This document shows, piece after piece, positions 7,818 through 15,074 of a stretch of 25,051 bases of DNA. The first letter of the stretch is position 1, and each line of letters opens with the position of its first letter. The position numbers were made by a program, and so were the translations under genes. Origin of the DNA: a virus (Duplodnaviria > Caudoviricetes); IMG/VR virus record IMGVR_UViG_3300025277_000144, positions 1 through 25,051 of that record; one strand, written 5' to 3'. A model generated the notes under the pieces. The model was not told the DNA's origin. It searched no databases and saw only the letters and a program-made list of their open reading frames with translations.

Positions 7818-9095
7818 TTATTCTGCTGCCAAACGCGCCGCCTCATAAAGACCGTTAGACACTGCAAAAAGAGGTTCCTCTGCGTGTTTGATTTCTGAAA
7901 TAGGGACCGGGAAACCTTCTTTCGTAAGCTCCCTAAGCCTTTCTACAAACCCAAGCACCAGAGAAGTTCCTCCCGCAACCACGATTGACATTTCCATTGT
8001 TACATTAGGAAGCTTCTTTTTAGGGGTATTCTCATAAAGCTCTTTAAACTTTTCTACAACATAAGAAATAAGGGCCTCATAATAAATAGAAATTGCTTTC
8101 TGGATACCATTTGTCGAATCATAAAGGCTAAAGTCCGCCTTTTCCTTGATTGCAGTCACAACATTGTTTGTTTCATCAGTATGCTGTGCTGCGTGAGAAT
8201 CAATCCAATCTCCCCCTCTACTTAAACTAAAGGCAAAGACTGGTATTCCCATGAAAGAGTAGACAACATTGCACATGCCAGCCCCAAAACTCATTCCAAT
8301 TCCAGTATACTGAGTGTCAGCAAGCTCAGAGTACACAATAGCCAATCCCTCTGTCATTACATTAATATTCTTATATCCTAAGCCCGAAAAGACGCCATGT
8401 AAGATTTGCTTGTGGTATTCTACATCAAAGTCGGCATCGATTGGTTCTGCGGGAACACAGTAGTAAAGTACGTCATCCTTGCTCTGTGCTTTTCCTGCGA
8501 TGGCTTTGACTAGCTCAGAGACCATCATGTTGGAAACAGGTTGTTTCGGATTTAAAACCCCTTGGGACATAGGGCGTAAGCACTCCTGATGGAATAAATT
8601 TGCAAACTTAAAGGCATCGTCGCCCAAAACATAAAGCTCACCATCCACTTTGACATAATGGGCCCCTGCGTTCTTTAGCATGTTCTCACCAAATTCATTA
8701 GTAGAGCCTTCTAAAAACTTAGACGGATTGAGCTTAAAAAAAGCGTCTCTAACTTTTCTAAACTTTTTAGAGCTGCCTTCCTGTTCGGCACAGGCAATAA
8801 AGCCAGTCCCAATATCAATTCCAACAGACCTTTTTGTGGAAGATCCCTTGTTGCTATTTGTATCGTTCATTTTAATGGTCTCACATACTTTAGGATGATA
8901 TGAATGTATTGTTTTTCCGTCATAGGTATAAGTGTCCTCCTCTAAAAAAACTTCCTTTGTGTCTTCCTGCGAGAGGGGGTTTTCGTCCGGAATAACGGGA
9001 TCGGGCCCAGAGGGTGCCAGAGGAGGATTGGATTCCATGTCAATAAAAGATTGCTGATATCCTGACATCCTTTCAATTCTTTTTGGGGTGTTCAT
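7818..9095 (-). CDS. Actin-family ATPase, volactin-like (MreB/MamK/ParM superfamily)
   Basis: Phosphate-1 VGIDIGTG, YVLGDDA, RPMSQGVL, VPAEPID, connect TEGLAIVYSEL, phosphate-2 GMSFGAGMCN, RGGDWID, adenosine IVVAGGTS, and C-terminal EPLFAVSNG. About 88-aa Pro/acidic N-terminal extension. GGGGAGG RBS before ATG 9095; alternative start at 9068. Confidence 0.88.
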   Translation of the reverse strand: MNTPKRIERMSGYQQSFIDMESNPPLAPSGPDPVIPDENPLSQEDTKEVFLEEDTYTYDGKTIHSYHPKVCETIKMNDTNSNKGSSTKRSVGIDIGTGFIACAEQEGSSKKFRKVRDAFFKLNPSKFLEGSTNEFGENMLKNAGAHYVKVDGELYVLGDDAFKFANLFHQECLRPMSQGVLNPKQPVSNMMVSELVKAIAGKAQSKDDVLYYCVPAEPIDADFDVEYHKQILHGVFSGLGYKNINVMTEGLAIVYSELADTQYTGIGMSFGAGMCNVVYSFMGIPVFAFSLSRGGDWIDSHAAQHTDETNNVVTAIKEKADFSLYDSTNGIQKAISIYYEALISYVVEKFKELYENTPKKKLPNVTMEMSIVVAGGTSLVLGFVERLRELTKEGFPVPISEIKHAEEPLFAVSNGLYEAARLAAE

Positions 9096-9360
9096 GAACC
9101 TCCCCTATCCTGTTGTCTCCAAATGAAGTTTCTATTTTAGGCGTTTCATAAAAAACTTCAACCGAACTATTCTTTAAATTAGGAAGATCGTCGGCAGAAG
9201 TATGTGTTCTTTCCTCTTTTTCCTTGTTGTGTTTTGTAAACTTTCCAAAATCAGTATATTTAGAAAGCATTTTAATGGAAAAGTAAATTAACCATGACGC
9301 TCCCAAAGTTATAATAGCGCCACAAACAGCAATTTTTATTAAATAATCTGGCATTTCCAC
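9073..9360 (-). CDS. Small single-pass membrane protein overlapping the actin gene
   Basis: Hydrophobic segment YLIKIAVCGAIITLGASWLIYFSIKML followed by a charged tail. TAAGGAAGG RBS before GTG 9360. The 3' end overlaps the actin start by 23 nt. Confidence 0.72.
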   Translation of the reverse strand: MEMPDYLIKIAVCGAIITLGASWLIYFSIKMLSKYTDFGKFTKHNKEKEERTHTSADDLPNLKNSSVEVFYETPKIETSFGDNRIGEVHEHPKKN

Positions 9361-9380
9361 GCAAAACCCTTCCTTATGAC

Positions 9381-9413
9381 AAAAAGGGAGGCAGCACTAA
9401 GGCTGCCCCCCTT
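9381..9413 (-). terminator. Intrinsic terminator after the major tail gene
   Basis: Minus strand AAGGGGGGCAGC-CTTAGT-GCTGCCTCCCTT-TTT: GC-rich stem with one G-U pair, 6-nt loop and a T5 tract. Confidence 0.85.
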
Positions 9414-9435
9414 ATTTATTGTCAGCAATTAAGCA

Positions 9436-10677
9436 TTAATATGGCCACGAGGACACACCGTTGCCCATGTAGTCGTGCCTATGTTGCCACCATTTATCTC
9501 CAGAGAGAGAGCCTCCGCTAACGAAAACGTCTCTTTCGTGGATAAGGGTGAAATCATTGAACGTGCTGTAGCTGTAGGTTACGGTAGCGTTTCCACCGCC
9601 AGCATCGCCCCCACCATAAGTAACAGAAGCAAGCTTGTTTTTCTTGCCAAGCCAGATTCGCGTACCTTCGCAGGAAGCGATTCGGATCGCTCGGTTGGCC
9701 AAGTTGTTGGCTTCCCCAGAGCTGCATCCACCGCCACCGGGTGGCATGTGACCGCAAGAATCAATTGCATTTACAAGATCGCCGCTGGAAGAAATGACTT
9801 CAATATCACAAGTAACTTCGATTGGGAAAGTCACTGGGCGTGCATAAGAAACCTTTTTACCAAGCTCAAATAGCTCTTCGCGGGCAACGTCAACAGAAAC
9901 AGACATGGACTGGAGATGGGCTGTATCTTTCACTCCAGTATTGTTAAGAACATAGACTCCGGGAATGTCTCCGGGAAGAACGGTTAGGTCTGGATTATTG
10001 CCTTGCAGGACCATCATGGCAGTGTCCGTCTGATCTTTGTTCCCGGTAGCCAAAAGAATGTTCTGGCGTCGATTGACCCCACCGGAACCAACCGGGGAAT
10101 CGTCATTGCCCCCAAAAGCGCCAGCAGCGGCGTCTGGGAAGTAACTTGGCGTACACTGTAGGGCGCTGGTTGTTTGACCGGTTCCCCATACCTTGCTGTT
10201 ACCAACGAGAGTGATGTCTTCAGAAAAGTTATCATCTATTGGGAAATTATAAGATATAGAGGTAGGATACAGGCCCGACATGCTAACCCACGTTTGGGCG
10301 GTTGAGCTGTCTTGACCCGCAGACTCTTTACCTTCGTCCCAAACGCCAAGCTGAACAAAGCACTTATTGGCTGACGTACATCTTTTTGCAAGCTGAGGAC
10401 CATCGGTTTGATCAGATGTGGCAAGGCACCAAAGGGGAATGTAGCCATCCAGCACCTTTGTCATTGTCACTTCAATGTCAGGAGTTCCTTCAATATTTTC
10501 ATAAATAGCAAGTTGACCAAGTTCAAATACTTGCTCTAAATTGAACGTAGTCGTCAGGCCCACAGACTGAACACCGTGTGCTACAGTGCGCGTACCTTCT
10601 GCCGTTGAAGCATAACCTGAGCTATTTTTGGTGAAGGAAACTTGCTGAATTGCGTAATAGACTCTATTATTAGCCAT
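9436..10677 (-). CDS. Major tail (tube) protein
   Basis: 413 aa, beta-rich. HGVQSVGLTTTFNLEQVFELGQLAIYE and a second similar segment LQSMSVSVDVAREELFELG. Strong RBS (AGGAG). Follows the neck genes and is bracketed by a promoter-like motif and a terminator. Confidence 0.75.
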   Translation of the reverse strand: MANNRVYYAIQQVSFTKNSSGYASTAEGTRTVAHGVQSVGLTTTFNLEQVFELGQLAIYENIEGTPDIEVTMTKVLDGYIPLWCLATSDQTDGPQLAKRCTSANKCFVQLGVWDEGKESAGQDSSTAQTWVSMSGLYPTSISYNFPIDDNFSEDITLVGNSKVWGTGQTTSALQCTPSYFPDAAAGAFGGNDDSPVGSGGVNRRQNILLATGNKDQTDTAMMVLQGNNPDLTVLPGDIPGVYVLNNTGVKDTAHLQSMSVSVDVAREELFELGKKVSYARPVTFPIEVTCDIEVISSSGDLVNAIDSCGHMPPGGGGCSSGEANNLANRAIRIASCEGTRIWLGKKNKLASVTYGGGDAGGGNATVTYSYSTFNDFTLIHERDVFVSGGSLSGDKWWQHRHDYMGNGVSSWPY

Positions 10678-10727
10678 TTAAACGTCTCCTAAATTGTTTT
10701 AGTGAATTTAAGTTTCCGCATAAATAA

Positions 10728-10734
10728 TACACCA
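10728..10734 (-). promoter_or_regulatory. TGGTGTA motif (putative late promoter) upstream of the major tail gene
   Basis: ATGGTGTATTATTTAT, about 50 nt upstream of ATG 10677. The same heptamer occurs upstream of four other starts. Confidence 0.6.
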
Positions 10735-10746
10735 TTTGGGGGCAAA

Positions 10747-11709
10747 TTAACTTAAAACGATCTCTACGGTGGCCCTTACGGTGCCTTCGTGGAGTCGTGG
10801 GTCATGAGATTCCATTTCTGTAATATTCATGTCAATAACTCTAGCCAAAAGGTATCTATACTGCGGGGTTGTTACAACATTGTCATAGTTTAACGGAGAG
10901 CCTACTTTCATGCCTCTATAGTCTAAGGGATATACGCCGCTAGTTATTAAGGTATCTGTATCAAACAACCATATTTGGCTGTCTATTTGATAAGATAATA
11001 TATCAACAAGCTGATTTCTCCACCATCTAGACTCTCCCAAAACGTGAAATACAATATCTTGCTGAACAAATTGTGAAGTGTCCCCTAGTTGATAAGGGAC
11101 AAATCTCCGCCTAGGAACGACTTCAAGGACTACTGCTGGCATTTGAACACGATTGTTTGCCAACACTCCCCAAGAACCTGAACCCGTCATACTATATGTG
11201 CTGTCATCTACTCTTAATGAATTGTATTGAAGTTCGTCCCACCAAGGGGCCTGATCTGCCACATATACTTGAACATTCCTATAGCTATGTGCAACCTGAA
11301 CATTCGAGGTAGTTGCAATAGCACTATCAAAAACTACCCTCCCAAGAGGATAATTATAGTGATGCCCATATGTAGCGTCTCCGGTAGCATAAAGAGTGTC
11401 ATTGATATATACACCGGAAATCTGTATTGGGTCATAACCTGAATAGGAACTTCCTGTTTCCCACACCCAGTCCTTTCTTGCTCCTTCCCACACTTGACCA
11501 TCTGTATAGGATGGGTCGCTAACAAGCCTCAAGGTATTAAAATTACCTCCAAAGGCCCCGGAAGTGGGTATTTCTACATTGCTCCATCCGCCTATTCCAA
11601 GGAAAGACCAGTCTAAAAACCATTTGAGGTTATTTTCTATTTCAGAACTTAATAGACTTTCCCCTATCTGAGAAACTTTATTAAATTTTGTATATGGTTC
11701 GCAACCCAT
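10747..11709 (-). CDS. Putative tail terminator/neck protein
   Basis: 320-aa ORF immediately upstream of the tail tube gene. C-terminal QMPAVVLEV...QQDIVFHVLGE...RNQLVDIL pattern resembles tail-completion proteins. Confidence 0.55.
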   Translation of the reverse strand: MGCEPYTKFNKVSQIGESLLSSEIENNLKWFLDWSFLGIGGWSNVEIPTSGAFGGNFNTLRLVSDPSYTDGQVWEGARKDWVWETGSSYSGYDPIQISGVYINDTLYATGDATYGHHYNYPLGRVVFDSAIATTSNVQVAHSYRNVQVYVADQAPWWDELQYNSLRVDDSTYSMTGSGSWGVLANNRVQMPAVVLEVVPRRRFVPYQLGDTSQFVQQDIVFHVLGESRWWRNQLVDILSYQIDSQIWLFDTDTLITSGVYPLDYRGMKVGSPLNYDNVVTTPQYRYLLARVIDMNITEMESHDPRLHEGTVRATVEIVLS

Positions 11710-11710
11710 T

Positions 11711-12373
11711 TTATATTACCTTTGTCAACTCCCTCCGCACTACTATGTCTATATCGCCCGCTATATCGGCAAGCGCCCGTGTGGCAAAGTTATCATCGTC
11801 AGTTCCTGCATATTGAGAAGGAACCTTCCAGCCACCACCTCTTTTCTTAACCATAATTCCAAGCCCTGTACGGCTGCTTCTTGTTGACTTGAAGGCAAAA
11901 TCATATTGAGACACTATAACAGCATTGCCTTCCTTAAGTAGCCAGCGTAGCCACTCTAAGGCTTTAGCTCCTTTTCTGGACGAATATGTAAGAACGGCCT
12001 CCCCCATAGCTAAAACGTCTTGCCAATCAGACTGCAATATGCCTATGTCTATCGTTCCTAAGCTTCCCCCTTTGCCCTTGACGTATGCTACCGAAACGCT
12101 CTCTGCCCATCTTTCAATGATAGCATTTATTCTCATCGCCCCATCGGGAAGTCCAAGCTCTCCGCGAAATCTTCCTCCAGAAATAGCAGCATATTCTGGG
12201 GATGACATAATTCTAGCCCGAATGGAATTCCCCAGCTTCTGTTTTATTTTGTTAACCGCAAGAGGAATGGCACTGAAAAGCTTTTCGTTGACCTCTCTGA
12301 TAATATCTTTATGGAACTTAGAAGCAAAATCCTGATCTAGCTTGATATTAGCAATTAGTGGAATTCGTGGCAT
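11711..12373 (-). CDS. Putative neck/tail-completion protein
   Basis: Start revised to ATG 12373 (TAATG overlap with the upstream stop; ORF track gives 12391). Basic protein with a WLRWLLKEG...SRTGLGIM motif, in the head-tail joining position. Confidence 0.55.
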   Translation of the reverse strand: MPRIPLIANIKLDQDFASKFHKDIIREVNEKLFSAIPLAVNKIKQKLGNSIRARIMSSPEYAAISGGRFRGELGLPDGAMRINAIIERWAESVSVAYVKGKGGSLGTIDIGILQSDWQDVLAMGEAVLTYSSRKGAKALEWLRWLLKEGNAVIVSQYDFAFKSTRSSRTGLGIMVKKRGGGWKVPSQYAGTDDDNFATRALADIAGDIDIVVRRELTKVI

Positions 12374-12903
12374 TACATTACCCTCTTCCAATTACATATA
12401 ACAAATTCGCTGTTGCCAAAACCAACGGGCTCTGGTTCGGAAATTCTCTGAAAGCGATGGTCTGCATACGCAGCAATATCTGTAGCTACCTGAATTTCTT
12501 TTGCTCTTTTCATCTTTGGGGTAGCTTCTTTCTTGCCAATGGTTTGAATGGTGCCGTCCGGATTGTTAACTGGAGCAGACATATTTAAAAACTGTTTATA
12601 ATCAAAAATAACAGCTAAATATATGCTTTCTGTTTTTATTACGGGACGCTTTCCGTCTCCGTTACAAACAGGACAAACCCCCCCAAAGGGAAAAGGAACA
12701 GACCCCCCGTCTTGAAATCGGTTTGATGACTTCCTGCCAATAGGATCATACAAACAATTATCGCAGCTTTCCCATTTTGTAATTCCGTAATACAAAGTAC
12801 AGGGTACAGTAGCCCCGCTATCTTCTAACAACGCTTTTATCGCATCATTATAAAGATTTTTGAGGTCACTGTTTATTATTCCTGCAAAATAGTTTTTAGC
12901 CAT
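12373..12903 (-). CDS. Putative head closure/neck protein with CxxC...CxxC insert
   Basis: 176 aa with CDNC and CPVCNGDG, and a beta-rich C-terminus ending FVICNWKRV. Located after the adaptor gene. Confidence 0.6.
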   Translation of the reverse strand: MAKNYFAGIINSDLKNLYNDAIKALLEDSGATVPCTLYYGITKWESCDNCLYDPIGRKSSNRFQDGGSVPFPFGGVCPVCNGDGKRPVIKTESIYLAVIFDYKQFLNMSAPVNNPDGTIQTIGKKEATPKMKRAKEIQVATDIAAYADHRFQRISEPEPVGFGNSEFVICNWKRVM

Positions 12904-12913
12904 TATACTTTAT

Positions 12914-13156
12914 TTAGCAAGGGCCGCACTGGGACTGACAGGGAGGACATCCAGTAAATCTGGTGCTGTAATTTGCGTCAATTGATCCGGTTGTGGGGAG
13001 ATTTGAAACATATGTATCAATCGTATAATCGGAACCATACCAACCCCAAGAGGTATCTCCGAGAATACCTGTTCCGGCAGCGCGCGGGGCCTGTACCAAT
13101 ACGGTTCCCTCTTTGTGGGTAGTCCCAGCGCCTTTCGGCTGAAAAATCATTACCAT
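12914..13156 (-). CDS. Small hypothetical protein with Cys-rich C-terminus
   Basis: 80 aa with a strong RBS (AAGAGGTGA); ends TGCPPCQSQCGPC. Confidence 0.7.
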   Translation of the reverse strand: MVMIFQPKGAGTTHKEGTVLVQAPRAAGTGILGDTSWGWYGSDYTIDTYVSNLPTTGSIDANYSTRFTGCPPCQSQCGPC

Positions 13157-13173
13157 TTTATCACCTCTTTAAA

Positions 13174-13731
13174 TTAATATCCGCCTCTGTTACGGATTGG
13201 ATTTTGTAAATCTCCTTCTCCCACACCCCCCAGCATACTTCGGGGATCAAACTTATTAGCAGCAAAGGGAGACATTACCGCCCGTATAATCTTCTTTCCT
13301 TCATAACTAAAGTTATATTCGCTTCTAAGCTCCTGAAAAGCCTTGCAGGGACCTTCTGTCAGAAGGGTTGTTAGGTGAGAGCCGTATGCTGACGTATTTA
13401 TGTGCGCTGGTCCAACGCGAGCATTGACACCCTGTAGGAGGGCAGCGTTTCTAAAATTGCCTTCATCTGCTATGCATGCAGCCTTAAGCACCATAAATGA
13501 TATAAATTCGTCTCCATCCGCAGTGGGAGAGCTACCTCCGGGATCAGGAGTAATTGTATATGCGCTAACGTCCACAGTATAGATGGAATTAAAGTTTATT
13601 TCTAAAGGTAAAAAGTAGGCACTTGTAATAAGTAGTTCTTCCAGTCGTTGCGTACTGTATCGCATTTCGCTTACGCCAGCGTCATTTAGCATTGTTCTTA
13701 ACATTAATAGACTTGTATTTTGCCAGCTCAT
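13174..13731 (-). CDS. Putative head-tail adaptor (connector) protein
   Basis: 185 aa helical. MLRTMLND...YSTQRLEELL resembles the (R/L)xxxGD...xSDxEL N-terminus of gp15/gp6-type adaptors. Position fits. Confidence 0.6.
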   Translation of the reverse strand: MSWQNTSLLMLRTMLNDAGVSEMRYSTQRLEELLITSAYFLPLEINFNSIYTVDVSAYTITPDPGGSSPTADGDEFISFMVLKAACIADEGNFRNAALLQGVNARVGPAHINTSAYGSHLTTLLTEGPCKAFQELRSEYNFSYEGKKIIRAVMSPFAANKFDPRSMLGGVGEGDLQNPIRNRGGY

Positions 13732-13732
13732 A

Positions 13733-14059
13733 TTATCTATCCGTTACATAAAGGATTCCGTCTCCCTCTAGAATAGCGCTAGAAGAAGTATTGACTAATA
13801 TTTCTAATCTATAAGTATTGCCAGTCGTACCTCCTGCAATCCAAAAAGTAACGAGACTATTCTTGCTGCTTACAGTAGATGTTTCAATGCCCGTTGTTGA
13901 TATGGTAAGGTCAGAAGAATCCCCGTCTATTTTTTCTGAATTAGCACTTGTTATTCCGGCAATCGTCTCGGACGTTCCGAGAAGGCTGTTGAATTCCATT
14001 CCGAATTTTCTAGTTTCAGTTGGCTGTTTTACCAGTCTCTGGTTAGATAAAATACCCAT
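13733..14059 (-). CDS. Putative fibre adaptor / small beta-rich virion protein
   Basis: KQPTETRKFGMEF...ETI...VTFWIAGGTTGNTYRLEILVNT pattern, recalled from phage fibre-adaptor proteins. GAAAGG RBS. Confidence 0.55.
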   Translation of the reverse strand: MGILSNQRLVKQPTETRKFGMEFNSLLGTSETIAGITSANSEKIDGDSSDLTISTTGIETSTVSSKNSLVTFWIAGGTTGNTYRLEILVNTSSSAILEGDGILYVTDR

Positions 14060-14095
14060 TTTTTACCTTTCATTGTGTGCACTCTCACTACAAAA

Positions 14096-14102
14096 TACAC
14101 CA
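14096..14102 (-). promoter_or_regulatory. TGGTGTA motif (putative late promoter)
   Basis: TTGGTGTATTTTGTAGT in the intergenic gap, about 37 nt upstream of ATG 14059. Confidence 0.55.
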
Positions 14103-14103
14103 A

Positions 14104-14487
14104 TTATTTTGGCAATACCCATGTACTAGCCCCCACTCCTGTTGGAATAACCCAAATTAATTTATCTCCATTGTATGCCTCAGAGAAACTCCATGTGGTA
14201 GGCCGAGCAGGGGCTGTCCATATAAAAATCTCACCGTCCGAGCCCCTGACTGTGGAGGTTGCTAAAATGCTAGCGATGACATTCAGTTCTGCCTTTGCCC
14301 CTCCTAAAGTAAGAGTTCCGTCTGCTTCTAGTATGGCAACGGCATCAATGCTTGCTACTGCCGCAGAAGAAATAACGCCATCAGCTACTAGGGTAGCAAT
14401 TACCTCCAATGCTGAAGTAGCACTTATTGAGGTAACTCCCAGAGAAGATAGAGGACCAGAAGCAATGGGGATTATTCCGAAAGACAT
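14104..14487 (-). CDS. Hypothetical virion/fibre-associated protein
   Basis: 127 aa with a GGAG RBS. N-terminal MSFGIIPIASGPLSS, Ala/Ser/Ile-rich beta-like middle, and C-terminal W-x-x-P repeats. Confidence 0.65.
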   Translation of the reverse strand: MSFGIIPIASGPLSSLGVTSISATSALEVIATLVADGVISSAAVASIDAVAILEADGTLTLGGAKAELNVIASILATSTVRGSDGEIFIWTAPARPTTWSFSEAYNGDKLIWVIPTGVGASTWVLPK

Positions 14488-14507
14488 TGGTTGGGTATCT
14501 CCGAAAC

Positions 14508-15074
14508 TTAAGTGTCTAAAAATAACATAAAGGCTGACCCATTTTGTGCAGCGGCGGCAGGAGCAGGGGCGTCAGGGAACTCAATCCAAACCCTGTATAT
14601 AAAAATTGAGGCCCCGGCCCCCATGGCATCAAGTCCAGTTATGCGTAGATAAAGATTCTGAAAGTCTCCATCCGTTGCAGTAAGACTGTCTGCTTGGGTG
14701 GTTGTGAGGGTTCCTATCGGGGTGTCGTCAATGCTAGTGGTTGGATTGTGGGGGGTAAAAGTCCTTATTGTGGTTGAGTCTTGAAAGAGAACTACATCGA
14801 GCTGAGTAGTGTTACCCATCCCGCCGCCTTCCTTATTTCTGATTTTAAGCACTGGTAGCGAAGCCCATGAGCTTGATGCTCCGCCGGGATCTGTAACGTC
14901 GTCTAAATAAAATTCACAAGTATTAGGAGAGCCCATGTTACTTGGGTCTTTGATGTATTTGCTATCATCTTCTGAGGCAAGATTAATGCTTGCATACATA
15001 TTGGTCGCGCTACCGGCCTGATTCTCCCAACTACCATCTACCTTATCGTTATCTGGTCTTGAATACTGCGTCAT
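14508..15074 (-). CDS. Hypothetical beta-sandwich-like virion protein (fibre-associated)
   Basis: Start revised to ATG 15074 (MTQYSRPDND; TAATG overlap with the fibre stop), giving 188 aa. D/T/S/G-rich, with a PAPAAAA linker and C-terminal AFMLFLDT. Confidence 0.65.
   Translation of the reverse strand: MTQYSRPDNDKVDGSWENQAGSATNMYASINLASEDDSKYIKDPSNMGSPNTCEFYLDDVTDPGGASSSWASLPVLKIRNKEGGGMGNTTQLDVVLFQDSTTIRTFTPHNPTTSIDDTPIGTLTTTQADSLTATDGDFQNLYLRITGLDAMGAGASIFIYRVWIEFPDAPAPAAAAQNGSAFMLFLDT

Noticed and set aside
9073-9360. Small membrane protein as a holin
   Set aside because: There is no adjacent endolysin or spanin and it is coupled to the actin gene instead. Not fully excluded.
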